Shown: positions 9,702 to 19,422 of the stretch, piece after piece
Position numbering within the stretch: the stretch's first letter is position 1
How the letters are laid out: each line of letters begins with the position of its first letter
Source of the DNA: Flavobacteriales bacterium
GTDB lineage: Bacteria; Bacteroidota; Bacteroidia; Flavobacteriales_D; CALLUQ01
NCBI GenBank assembly: GCA_963669295.1
Contig: OY769938.1
Span: 173,533 to 237,532 of the forward strand
Direction of reading: 5' to 3'
DNA: 64,000 nucleotides
The notes under the pieces: model-generated
The model's input: only the letters and a program-made list of their open reading frames with translations
Told to the model about the DNA's origin: nothing
Database searches by the model: none
Position numbers and translations under genes: made by a program

Positions 9702-10925
9702 CTAGCGCACTACTATCCGTCGGGTAATGATGGTATTTTGCTGTTCTAATCGCAACAAGAATACTCCTTTACGTGCTACTTGAATGTTGAAACGATGGGT
9801 GCCAGTGCCCGATGCTACTTCCCGCCCTACAGCGTCGTACAATCGCCACCGTTGAATGCCTTTGCCTTCTACCCAGCAGTTTCCTGTATTGGGGTTGGGG
9901 TAAATGCTGATGGCATCGTTATTTCCCTGCTCTTCTATCCCCACCGAACAATCAACCACTTCTACCAAAATAGAATCGTACACCATGCAGTCGTTGGCTA
10001 CATTAATGCGGTAATAAATGGTGTGAGTTCCCAGCCCGGCATAAGAAGGTTCAAACCTTGCGTTAGGTCCATTTACCGCTCCGGGGCCGCTGAAGTAGCC
10101 CGATCCTGGAGTAACCACAAATGGCACTGCACTGTCGGTTAAACAAACTGTACCGATGGGTTGAAATACGATGGGTGGTGGCAATGGGAAAAAAGCCACA
10201 GTAGTTTCAATCACGCTATCGCAACCCGATGTGGTAGGATAGGTATCTATGTATACCCCATCTGTTTTTTGCCATGCTCCTTGTACAAAAAGGCTATCGC
10301 CTTCACACAGTTCATAGTTAAAGGGATAAACAATACTATCTCCTCCCATAATTTTGATGTCGTCGATGGCCCAAAAATAGTGGCTGATGATGCTGTCGCC
10401 AAAGGTGAACTTTAGCTGCACATTGGGTTCGTTGGCTGCAATGCTGGAAAGGGTAATGCGCTCATAAGTAGGGTTAATGTCTTGACACCCGGCTGGTAAA
10501 GGAAAGTCGTGCCAGGTGTTACCATCGGTGGTCACCGACACTGTAAACCCTTCGGTGGCATTCCAACAACATTGCCTGAAGTACGATTGAAATTGCAATT
10601 CTACACAGCTGGTTCCGCTTAGGTTGATGGGAGGCGATATTAACTCCCCCATCGGGGTAATGTAATTGGGAGATAACGGGAAGTTAATGGAATCGGCATC
10701 GAACAGCATAAACCCGTTGGGAGTAGTGGTAAAAGCAGGCAATGGCGTTCCTGTCGACCACTCGCCACTAGTGCCATAAAAAGAGTGCTTCCAATCGGGC
10801 TGTGGACCTGCTACGGTCCAGGTGCCATTGGTGCTGTTGAGTCCGTTCGAGAAATCTTCTTCCCAAACAACTTGTGCCCATGCAAAATGGGGCAATAGTA
10901 ACAATACGGTAAGCCAATGTTTCAT
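9702..10925 (-). CDS. T9SS type A sorting domain protein (N-terminal beta-sandwich/cleaved-adhesin-like domain)
   Basis: signal peptide from MKHWLT; QVVWEEDFS...WAIDDI domain; SGCDSV repeats; C-terminal IYPNPNTG...RRIVVR. Confidence 0.8.
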   Translation of the reverse strand: MKHWLTVLLLLPHFAWAQVVWEEDFSNGLNSTNGTWTVAGPQPDWKHSFYGTSGEWSTGTPLPAFTTTPNGFMLFDADSINFPLSPNYITPMGELISPPINLSGTSCVELQFQSYFRQCCWNATEGFTVSVTTDGNTWHDFPLPAGCQDINPTYERITLSSIAANEPNVQLKFTFGDSIISHYFWAIDDIKIMGGDSIVYPFNYELCEGDSLFVQGAWQKTDGVYIDTYPTTSGCDSVIETTVAFFPLPPPIVFQPIGTVCLTDSAVPFVVTPGSGYFSGPGAVNGPNARFEPSYAGLGTHTIYYRINVANDCMVYDSILVEVVDCSVGIEEQGNNDAISIYPNPNTGNCWVEGKGIQRWRLYDAVGREVASGTGTHRFNIQVARKGVFLLRLEQQNTIITRRIVVR

Positions 10926-11051
10926 GGTACTCAAAGATAGCCGAAAAAGCTGGAATAGTAACAAATACTATTGCTATTCTATCCTCCGATTTCCTTGTCG
11001 CACTGTGCCTCAGGCTGATATCACCATGTGTTTTTTTTTTATTTTCACGGC

Positions 11052-12404
11052 ATGAAAACAGGCGGTGCTTCTTTTTCCTTGATGTTGGTGTTGTGGTTGC
11101 TTTGCACACCATCTGTAGCGCAGCAAGACAGCAGCAAATCGTTTACAATATCGCTAGAGTTTCGTCCGCGTATGGAGTACCGCGACGGTTGGAAAACTTT
11201 GCCGAATGATACGACTGCAGCTGCTTATTTTGGCACGCACCGCAGCCGACTTAATTTTACGTACCAACAACCGGGGTTTAAGTTTCATACATCGTTGCAA
11301 GATATTCGTGTTTGGGGGCAATACGGACAAACCTCTACCAACGGTTCGTTCAATGTATTTGAAACGTATGTGGAGCCTTCGCTGAGCGAAAAGTGGCGAT
11401 TGCGCATTGGACGGCAGGCGGTGCAATTGGACAATGGTCGGTTGTTTTCAGCAGCCAATTGGAGCCAGGCTTCCAGGGCGCATGATGGACTGAATCTTAT
11501 TTACCAACAAAAGCATTTATTGTCGGAAGCGCTATTGTTTTTCAATCAAACTTCGGAACGTGTTTTTGGCACTGATTTTTCGTTGAACAATTACAAGCTG
11601 CTTGGTGTGCATCACCTTCGTGCCAGGCTGGGCGATTACCTCACCCTCACCACCATCAATGCTGTAGATGGCTATCAAAGTGCTACTACCCCCCGGGTGA
11701 TGTATGCACGCGGCACCTCTGGTGGGCGACTAGCGTTTGAGAAAAACCGATGGTACTTTACGGTAAGTGGGTATGGGCAATATGGGCAATTGGCCTCTGG
11801 ACAGGAGGTGCGAGCCTACTACCTACAGCCCGAAATTCGCTATAGCGCTGGCAAGTGGATCAGCCGTTTGGGCATGGAGTATTTGAGTGGCGATGATATG
11901 ATGAACCCCGATGCCATATCGAACTCTTTTGAAACGTTATACGGGGTGGCCTTTAAGTTTATGGGTAACCTCAACTACTTCACTTCATTTCCCGATAACA
12001 CTAATGGCGGTGGGTTGATTGACCCTTATTTGTTTGTTTCCTACCAACTGAGCGATCGTGTTCAATTGCGTGCCGATGGACATGTATTCTTATTGCAAAA
12101 CGATGTGCCTGGCTATAATGGAGAGGTACTCGACGCTTACCTGGGGTGGGAGAACGACCTATCGATGAAGTATGTTATTAACGACTATACTCGTTTGAAA
12201 TGGGGAGTATCGTATATGGTGGCCGAGCAAAGCATGGAAGTGTTAAAAGGAGGTGATAGCAACCTCATTCCTGTTTGGAGCTATGTGATGGTAACCTTTA
12301 AACCCGACCTTTTTAGCTTCAAAGGCAGCAGTCGGTCGGTGCCGCAGCGCAAGCACGATGGCAGTGGCAATGGGCAAGGCAGAAACGCCTCTACACCTCG
12401 ATAA
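11052..12404 (+). CDS. alginate-export-family outer-membrane beta-barrel
   Basis: EFRPRMEYRDG, RSRL, QDIRVWG, RIGRQ...DNGRLF...W.Q..RAHDG, YLSGD. Confidence 0.85.
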   Translation: MKTGGASFSLMLVLWLLCTPSVAQQDSSKSFTISLEFRPRMEYRDGWKTLPNDTTAAAYFGTHRSRLNFTYQQPGFKFHTSLQDIRVWGQYGQTSTNGSFNVFETYVEPSLSEKWRLRIGRQAVQLDNGRLFSAANWSQASRAHDGLNLIYQQKHLLSEALLFFNQTSERVFGTDFSLNNYKLLGVHHLRARLGDYLTLTTINAVDGYQSATTPRVMYARGTSGGRLAFEKNRWYFTVSGYGQYGQLASGQEVRAYYLQPEIRYSAGKWISRLGMEYLSGDDMMNPDAISNSFETLYGVAFKFMGNLNYFTSFPDNTNGGGLIDPYLFVSYQLSDRVQLRADGHVFLLQNDVPGYNGEVLDAYLGWENDLSMKYVINDYTRLKWGVSYMVAEQSMEVLKGGDSNLIPVWSYVMVTFKPDLFSFKGSSRSVPQRKHDGSGNGQGRNASTPR

Positions 12405-12506
12405 TTCTTTGATTCTCTTGTCTTTTTCTTGTTGCTTTTTATCTCGTTTCCTTCCTTTTTGGTCTAATTAAACGCCCTCTTTTCTTCCTACCATGGTTTA
12501 AAAGTC

Positions 12507-12514
12507 TACTTTTG
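12507..12514 (+). promoter_or_regulatory. Bacteroidota sigma-A -7 element
   Basis: TACTTTTG matches TAnnTTTG, 25 bp before the SulP start. Confidence 0.55.
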
Positions 12515-12539
12515 CGCCTTCTTTAAAATTGAGTAGGGC

Positions 12540-14153
12540 ATGAAAAAACTGATACGCAACTTTACCCACAACGCGAAGAACGATGTATTATCGGGACTTA
12601 CAGTAGCACTTGCATTGGTGCCTGAGGCGGTGGCTTTTGCTTTTGTGGCTGGTATCGATCCGTTGGTAGGATTGTATGGTGCTTTTATGATGGGCATTGT
12701 TACTTCCTTATTTGGAGGAAGACCGGGTATGATTTCGGGTGCTACTGGTGCCATGGCAGTGGTAATGGTGCACATGATTCAGCAAGGAAATGAAGTGGGC
12801 ATGGGGTTGGATGTACCTATTGAAAACCTGGGGCTGCAATGGTTGTTCATTACGCTGTTGATTGTTGGGGTTATTCAGGTGGCTGCCGGGGTACTAAAGC
12901 TGGGAAAGTTTGTACGCCTTATTCCTCATCCGGTAATGATGGGTTTTGTGAATGGACTGGCCATCGTCATCTTTTTATCGCAGCTTGAATTTTTTAAAAC
13001 CTCTGTTGGGGATAGTACAGAGTGGTTGCAAGGGCAAGCCTTATGGCTGATGCTCGGATTGGTAGCCCTGGTAATGCTCATTATGTTTGTACTGCCCAAA
13101 ATCACCAAGAAAGTACCGGCAGCACTTACTGCCATTATTGTGGTGGCCTGCATTACCATTTTTGGTCATTTGGAGGTAAGCACTGTAGGCTCTTTTATTC
13201 GCGAAGGTGGTGGCGAAGGGCTCAAAGGGTCGCTTCCTACTTTTCAGTCGCAATTATCAGGATTGGTTTATACCCTTGAAGGGCACTGGGGGCTTATTAT
13301 TTCCACGGCTTTTTTAATGGCTGCCGTAGGGTTAATTGAATCGTTAATGACCTTGAACCTGGTGGATGAGATTACGGGTACCCGTGGTAGTGGCAACCGG
13401 GAGTGTGTAGCACAAGGTGGCGCCAACTTGCTTAACGGATTGTTTGGTGGTATGGGGGGCTGTGCCATGATTGGTCAATCCATTATTAATGTGAACTCTG
13501 GCGGACGCGGGCGTTTATCGGGCATTACTGCAGCCATTGCTTTGTTGTGTTTTGTATTGTTTGGTGCACCACTTATCGAGCAAATTCCTATTGCTGCCCT
13601 GGTGGGGGTAATGTTTATGGTGGTCATTGGCACTTTTGCATGGAGCAGCTTCCGCATTTTAAATAAGATTCCGGTGGCTGATGCGGTGGTGCTTATTGCT
13701 GTATCTGCCATTACTGTTTGGCAAGATTTAGCCATTGCCGTTATTGCAGGGGTAATTATTTCTGCCCTGGTGTTTGCCTGGAAAAATGCCACCATGATTC
13801 GAGCGCGAAAGCGCATGAAAGAAGATGGTACTAAGGTGTATGAAATATGGGGTCCTTTGTTTTTTGGGTCGGTACAAACGTTCAACTCCAAGTTTGATGC
13901 GAAGAATGATCCCGAAAGAATAGAGATTGATTTCATTGAATCGAAAGTCACCGATCATTCGGGCATTGAAGCCATACGTACTGTAGCCAACAGGTACCTC
14001 GATTTGGGGAAAGAAATTAAGCTTACCCACCTCAGCCCCGAGTGCAAGACCTTATTGCTGAAAGCCAATAAGAAGTTTGAGCAAGTGATTGAAACCTCGA
14101 TCGACGATCCGAGGTATTATGTGGTTACCAACCAGCTCGACCCGGAAGTATAA
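12540..14153 (+). CDS. SulP/SLC26 inorganic anion transporter with STAS domain
   Basis: DVLSGLTVALALVPEAVAFA, GGRPGMISGATG, GGMGGCAMIGQS, STAS GPLFFGS...DHSG. Confidence 0.93.
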   Translation: MKKLIRNFTHNAKNDVLSGLTVALALVPEAVAFAFVAGIDPLVGLYGAFMMGIVTSLFGGRPGMISGATGAMAVVMVHMIQQGNEVGMGLDVPIENLGLQWLFITLLIVGVIQVAAGVLKLGKFVRLIPHPVMMGFVNGLAIVIFLSQLEFFKTSVGDSTEWLQGQALWLMLGLVALVMLIMFVLPKITKKVPAALTAIIVVACITIFGHLEVSTVGSFIREGGGEGLKGSLPTFQSQLSGLVYTLEGHWGLIISTAFLMAAVGLIESLMTLNLVDEITGTRGSGNRECVAQGGANLLNGLFGGMGGCAMIGQSIINVNSGGRGRLSGITAAIALLCFVLFGAPLIEQIPIAALVGVMFMVVIGTFAWSSFRILNKIPVADAVVLIAVSAITVWQDLAIAVIAGVIISALVFAWKNATMIRARKRMKEDGTKVYEIWGPLFFGSVQTFNSKFDAKNDPERIEIDFIESKVTDHSGIEAIRTVANRYLDLGKEIKLTHLSPECKTLLLKANKKFEQVIETSIDDPRYYVVTNQLDPEV

Positions 14154-14221
14154 CCATATTATCATCCTCGTTGTGTGCTTTGGGGCTTATGTTTATTTTA
14201 GCTGCTCCAATATTGTTTGTT

Positions 14222-15019
14222 ATGACCACCACCGAATTGGCTGCCGAGTTTGAGGCATTTAGGCCCATATTGAAATCATACATCTTACGCATGACCACCA
14301 GCGTAAGTGATGCTGAAGACATTGTACAAGAAACGTATGTAAAAGCCCACACCAACCTCAGCAGTTTCAAAGGGGAATCTTCCATAAAAACATGGGTGTT
14401 TGCCATTGCTTCCAACCTGGCCAAAGATCATTTGAAAGCCAAAAAACGCTGGCCCGAACATGTAACCGATATCTGCAAGGAGGCTGCAATGAGTAACCCC
14501 ACCTTTTTTGGGGAAGCGATGGCATTGCGCCAAACATCGCCACAGGGGCATTTTGAAATCAAGGAGCACATTACATTTTGTTTCACCTGTGTATCGAAGT
14601 CGTTGCCCCTGGAACAGCAATTGGTGCTGTTGCTGAAAGAAGTGTATGCTTTTAAGATTAAAGAGGTGGCTACCATCATTCAGCAAACCGAGGCCATGGT
14701 AAAGTATTACTTGCACACAGCACGTGGCAAGATGACGGAAGTGTTTGATCACCGCTGCTCCCTTATCAATAAAGAAGGAGTATGCCACCAGTGTACAGAG
14801 TTGAATGGTATTTTTAATCCGCAGCAAGATGCCCAGGAGGAATTGGCAAAAATTGACCTGGTAAAGGCCGCACAAGGTGGAGAAAAAGAGCACTTACTCG
14901 ACTTGCGGTTGCAGTTATTGCAAGAAATCGACCCTTTTGAGTCGGCAGCAGCGGCACTGCAACTCCATCATTTAGAGCACAATAGAAAGGTAATGGAAGA
15001 TTACCTGAAAAAAAGTTAG
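14222..15019 (+). CDS. ECF RNA polymerase sigma-70 factor with Cys-rich C-terminal extension
   Basis: DAEDIVQET, FKGESSIKTWVFAIASN, region 4 LPLEQQLVLLLKEVY; extra CFTC and RCSLINKEGVCHQC. Confidence 0.9.
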   Translation: MTTTELAAEFEAFRPILKSYILRMTTSVSDAEDIVQETYVKAHTNLSSFKGESSIKTWVFAIASNLAKDHLKAKKRWPEHVTDICKEAAMSNPTFFGEAMALRQTSPQGHFEIKEHITFCFTCVSKSLPLEQQLVLLLKEVYAFKIKEVATIIQQTEAMVKYYLHTARGKMTEVFDHRCSLINKEGVCHQCTELNGIFNPQQDAQEELAKIDLVKAAQGGEKEHLLDLRLQLLQEIDPFESAAAALQLHHLEHNRKVMEDYLKKS

Positions 15020-15072
15020 CTCCTTCCCTATCGTTTTTTTCTTGCCAGTCGTCAAAAGGGGTAAATCAACAT

Positions 15073-15579
15073 ATGAAGTATTTACCTTTAATTCTAGTAA
15101 TTATGGCAAGCACCATGGCAAAGGCCCAAGATGGCAAGGCAACCAGCGAAAGAAAAACATTTAGTTTAACCACCCAGGTGAGCACTCGCATTGAAGCGGC
15201 TCCCGAAATTGTTTGGAAGTTGTTAACTACCGCTCCCGATTTTACCCGATGGAACTCTACCGTTACATCGCTCGAAGGCACCATTGGTGTTGGAGAAAAG
15301 ATCAAGCTCAAGTCGTACCTCGATGCGAAGCGCACCTTTAAAATTACGGTAAAGGTGATGGAGCCGCATACCAAAATGATATGGGGCGATGGCGGTGGCA
15401 CTCGAACATTTACCTTAAAACAAGAGGGCAATGAGGTGGTGTTTCACATGCACGAAAAAATGGGGGGATTGATGTTTCCTTTATACGCTGGGCAGCTCCC
15501 TCCTTTTGAAGAATCGTTTGAGCGATTTGCTGCCGATTTAAAAAAGGAGGCTGAATTAATTCAGCGCACTAACCATTAA
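15073..15579 (+). CDS. SRPBCC (polyketide cyclase-like) domain protein
   Basis: RIEAAPEIVWKLLT..DFTRWNS...FAADLKKEAE; probable signal peptide. Confidence 0.85.
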   Translation: MKYLPLILVIMASTMAKAQDGKATSERKTFSLTTQVSTRIEAAPEIVWKLLTTAPDFTRWNSTVTSLEGTIGVGEKIKLKSYLDAKRTFKITVKVMEPHTKMIWGDGGGTRTFTLKQEGNEVVFHMHEKMGGLMFPLYAGQLPPFEESFERFAADLKKEAELIQRTNH

Positions 15580-15629
15580 GTTTTATTGAATCTTTGGTTT
15601 AGAAGTAGGCTTGCGGAAATGCCGTGGGC

Positions 15630-16694
15630 CTATTTCTCTTCCACAAAGTACATATCGATTTGCCCTTTGTTTTTGGCTTCAATCTTGCCCCTGTATTCGG
15701 TAGAGAAGTGATGTTCTACCAGCTTAAAGGTGGTGCCCGAAATGTTGACCTTGCCAATGGCTCCACTGCTTTCCATGCGTGAGGCTACATTTACGGCATC
15801 GCCCCAAATGTCGTAAGCAAACTTTTTAATGCCTACTACTCCGGCTACTACAGCACCTGAATTTACTCCAATGCGCACATTCCAATGGGGCTTCCCTTCA
15901 CTCAATCCGCTGTTAAAGGTGCGGATGTAATCGCGCATTTCTATGGCTGCGCTTACTGCCTTTACTGCATGTTCTCCGTTGGGTTCTGGCAGTCCACTGG
16001 CACACATGTATGCATCGCCAATGGTTTTAATGCGATTGAGTCCATATTTTTCGGTAATGAGGTCGAACTCGTGAAATATTTTATCGAGGGTATTTACTAA
16101 TTCCGAGGGCGACATTTCTTCTGAAATGGTGGTAAAGCCTGAGAAATCGGTAAATACAATACTTACATCTTCGTACTGACGGGGAGTAGTTTGTCCTTTT
16201 TCCTTCAGTTCTTCTGCTACGGTTGGTGGTAGAATGTTAAGCAATAACTTGTCTGACTTTTCCTTTTCCTCTGCAATTTCCAGCACTTGTTTTTGGATGG
16301 TTTTAAACGAGTCGCTCAATGCCAACATCGATTGTAACCGTGCACGCAACTCAATGCGGTCTACCGGTTTTCGGATGTAATCTACTGCCCCTGCTTCCAG
16401 GGCTGTTTTTAAGTTTTCCGACGAGGTCATGATGCCGGTACACATAATGATAGGAATCTCTTTCAACCGGTCGTCGGCCTTCAGCGTTTTTATGAACTCA
16501 ATGCCATCCATCACGGGCATTTCCCAGTCGGTAATGACCAAATCCGGTACTTCTTCTTCGGCAATCATACAAGCGGTTTTACCGTTCAGGGCTTGCAACA
16601 CCTCAAAGTTCTGACCGAGATGTTCTACAATGTTTACAATCACCTCCAGGTTTTCGGGTTGATCGTCTACAATCAATATTTTATAGTCATTCAT
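15630..16694 (-). CDS. response regulator receiver fused to class III adenylate/guanylate cyclase
   Basis: KILIVDD..PDLVITDWEMPVMDG; LLLNILP, FTDFSGFT, KTIGDAYM, YDIWGDAVNVASRMES; start overlaps the HK stop. Confidence 0.93.
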   Translation of the reverse strand: MNDYKILIVDDQPENLEVIVNIVEHLGQNFEVLQALNGKTACMIAEEEVPDLVITDWEMPVMDGIEFIKTLKADDRLKEIPIIMCTGIMTSSENLKTALEAGAVDYIRKPVDRIELRARLQSMLALSDSFKTIQKQVLEIAEEKEKSDKLLLNILPPTVAEELKEKGQTTPRQYEDVSIVFTDFSGFTTISEEMSPSELVNTLDKIFHEFDLITEKYGLNRIKTIGDAYMCASGLPEPNGEHAVKAVSAAIEMRDYIRTFNSGLSEGKPHWNVRIGVNSGAVVAGVVGIKKFAYDIWGDAVNVASRMESSGAIGKVNISGTTFKLVEHHFSTEYRGKIEAKNKGQIDMYFVEEK

Positions 16695-19419
16695 CGAGTA
16701 CTTTTTTGATGAGTGCTTTGAATTCGTCGTCGTCGCCAATGTTTACTGCCAGTTGCATGCTTGATTTCCACCGGCGGATATTGTCGTTTTTGGTTTCATC
16801 GATAGACCCCAGTAATTCCCGCAATACAGTTACTTTATAAATTCGCACCTCGCTAATGGGCTGTACCAATGGTGTAAGGTACGCAATATCTTCGTCAGTT
16901 AATGCCATTGTTGCTTCTTGCATGGCCATTGTACCCTCAGTGTCCCCGTGTTCTATTTCTTTGGCCTGATGCAAACTTTCCGAGCGTTGCTTTGCTCCCT
17001 GCGCCAGGGTAAACCAAAAGGCAGCTCCTTTTCCCCATTCGCTCTCTACTCCAATTTCTCCTCCATGTGCTTCCACAGCCATTTTACAAAAGGTAAGTCC
17101 TAAACCGGTAGAACGTACCGAGCCTGATTTTTTGGCATCCAACTGACCGAATTTCGCAAATACCTTATGGATGTCTTCGGCTTTAATGCCCTGACCCGAA
17201 TCTTTTACCTCTATTCGTATCATATCGTTTTCATCGATGATAGCCGATACGGTAAGGATACTTTTTAGGGGCGAATACTTAATGGCATTGGTCAGTAAGT
17301 TTACAATCACCCGTTCAATAATTTCACGGTCGGTATAGGCACTTAACCCCGGAGCCACCTTGTTTACCACCGAAAGGCCTTTCCCTTCAATAAGCACAGC
17401 TACCTGGTTCAATGAGTTTTGCACCAATTCATCTACCGATCGAGGTGCCAGTGAAAGGGTCATGCGTGTGTCTTCATACTTATGCACATCAAGGATGTTG
17501 AGCACCATGTTGAGCATTTGTTGTCCCGATTGTCGCATGGTATTGAATTGCTGTTCGATGGGCAATGAGGCGTTGGTATTGAGGATGGAATTGAGCGGGT
17601 TTTTAAGGTCGTGCACAATCATAGAAGTCATGCCTTCTTTAAATTGATCGAGCTCCAACAGTTTTTCGTTTTTCTCTTGTAGTTCGGTGGCCTGTCCTTC
17701 TATCTCTTCTTTTTGCCGGGCAATTTGACTGTTCTTTTTGCGTACCTGTCGGTAGGCAAAAACTGCTGTGATGAGGAGCAGCAACAGCACCCCCCCAATG
17801 ATGAAGAGGTTACGGGTAAATGTTTTTCCTGCCTCAATTTCTAACCCCAGGTTTTTGTTTTTCTCCTCTTCCAATTCTTTCAAGCGTTCCATCTCAAACC
17901 GCTTTTTGCTTTCTTCCAGAATTTCCAGATTTTTAGCGGCCTTAATAGAGTCCTGTCGTGCTTTAAGGATTAACCGTTGTTGTTCACGTTTGGCCTTTTC
18001 CTGGTTAAGTTTGCGCTCTTGTTCTGCCTGCCGCAACTCGGCCAATGCTTTTCGTGCTTCTGCTTCTTTAAGTGCTTTTTCCTTTTCCAGCACTTTGTTG
18101 CGTTCTGCTTGTGTAGCTGCTTCAGCAGTAATGCGTGCCAACTCCAGGTCTTTCATTTGGTCGCGTGCCCTACGCAGCTTCAGCTTTTTATCGAGCTCTT
18201 CCATAAACAATTGCCGCTGCAATACTTCATTGGCTTTTTCGCGCTCCAGGGTTTTTAGCGAATCGTTGATGATGAGGTGTTTTTCAAAAGCATGCAGTGC
18301 ATCTTCGTACTCGTACAGTCCTTCGTGGATGATGGACTTGGTACGGTAGGCATCGGATAGGACACGTGGCAGGTTGTGTTTTTCTGCCAAATCAATGGCC
18401 TTTTGCACGTATTGTAGTGCATTGTAAGAGTCGTTGTTTTGGTAGTGCGACAAAGCCAGGAAGTCGTACACAAACCCTTCATCTTCTCGATCGTCGAGGC
18501 GTTTTAAGGTTTGTGCGGCTATTGAAAAATGAGCAATGGCCGAATCGTACTCTTGCATGTTTTGGTAAAAGATGCCCAGGTTTTGGTGGATAACGGCCTT
18601 CGAGTCGTCGCTTTGTTGTCCTGTTGTTAGTACTTTCTTGAATTCTGCCACAGCGGCATCAAACTGCTTTAAGAAGAGGTAGGCATACCCCAGGTTGTTG
18701 ATGGCCTTTTGTTTCTCTTGCCCACTCATGTTTTCGGCCAGGGTCAGTATGTTTTTATTGATGTTGACCTCGGTTTGATAAGCACCTTTCCGGTGGGCAA
18801 TCCTGGCTTGTTGTTGCAGTGCCCACAATTGGTCTTCAATTTTTCCTTTACCCTTTGCAAAGTCTGCCACCTGATTAAACATGGCAACAGCCTCGGTATC
18901 TTTCTTTCGCAAAAAAAGTGTGGTCGCCTGCCGCTTTAAGGTTTCGTAATACAACGCTGTTTTTTCATAACCTTTCAACAGCACCAGTGTGGTATCGAAT
19001 GTTTGCTCTGCCTTTTGCAACAACTGACTTTCCAACAAAATTACCCCTACTCGATACCGCCTCCTTGCCACGTTGGTAAGCTTCACAACTTCTTTACCGG
19101 TGGTAGATTGTTTGTCGAGGTAGCTGATGTACTGCAGCAGGTATTGCAATTCCAACAACACGTTATTGCTTCGCTCTTGAAATTCAATCATGGTTTCGTA
19201 GCCCAATACTACGGCCTCATGGTAGGGCATTTCTTCCGCAATATAAATGGCTTCATCCAGGCGTTGCAGCTGAACGCTATCGGGTTTTTTGCTGTTAGCA
19301 AGCACCCGAATTACCTGCATGGTAGAAGCCGAGTCGACCGGTTGCTGGTTGAAGGTTAATTGCTGCGCACCTGCCGATACGCTTAACAACAATAGCCATA
19401 TGTATGCCAGGTACTTCAA
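16687..19419 (-). CDS. TPR-repeat sensor histidine kinase
   Basis: signal peptide, periplasmic TPRs, coiled coil, one TM helix, H-box MIVHDLKNPL, N-box NLLTNAIKYS, G-boxes DSGQGI and GLGLTFCK. Confidence 0.92.
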   Translation of the reverse strand: MKYLAYIWLLLLSVSAGAQQLTFNQQPVDSASTMQVIRVLANSKKPDSVQLQRLDEAIYIAEEMPYHEAVVLGYETMIEFQERSNNVLLELQYLLQYISYLDKQSTTGKEVVKLTNVARRRYRVGVILLESQLLQKAEQTFDTTLVLLKGYEKTALYYETLKRQATTLFLRKKDTEAVAMFNQVADFAKGKGKIEDQLWALQQQARIAHRKGAYQTEVNINKNILTLAENMSGQEKQKAINNLGYAYLFLKQFDAAVAEFKKVLTTGQQSDDSKAVIHQNLGIFYQNMQEYDSAIAHFSIAAQTLKRLDDREDEGFVYDFLALSHYQNNDSYNALQYVQKAIDLAEKHNLPRVLSDAYRTKSIIHEGLYEYEDALHAFEKHLIINDSLKTLEREKANEVLQRQLFMEELDKKLKLRRARDQMKDLELARITAEAATQAERNKVLEKEKALKEAEARKALAELRQAEQERKLNQEKAKREQQRLILKARQDSIKAAKNLEILEESKKRFEMERLKELEEEKNKNLGLEIEAGKTFTRNLFIIGGVLLLLLITAVFAYRQVRKKNSQIARQKEEIEGQATELQEKNEKLLELDQFKEGMTSMIVHDLKNPLNSILNTNASLPIEQQFNTMRQSGQQMLNMVLNILDVHKYEDTRMTLSLAPRSVDELVQNSLNQVAVLIEGKGLSVVNKVAPGLSAYTDREIIERVIVNLLTNAIKYSPLKSILTVSAIIDENDMIRIEVKDSGQGIKAEDIHKVFAKFGQLDAKKSGSVRSTGLGLTFCKMAVEAHGGEIGVESEWGKGAAFWFTLAQGAKQRSESLHQAKEIEHGDTEGTMAMQEATMALTDEDIAYLTPLVQPISEVRIYKVTVLRELLGSIDETKNDNIRRWKSSMQLAVNIGDDDEFKALIKKVLDE

Positions 19420-19422
19420 CAG

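Noticed and set aside
11031-11040. T10 homopolymer before the alginate-export-family gene as a phase-variation switch
   Set aside because: Poly-T runs are common in this AT-rich intergenic DNA and there is no evidence of length variation without reads.
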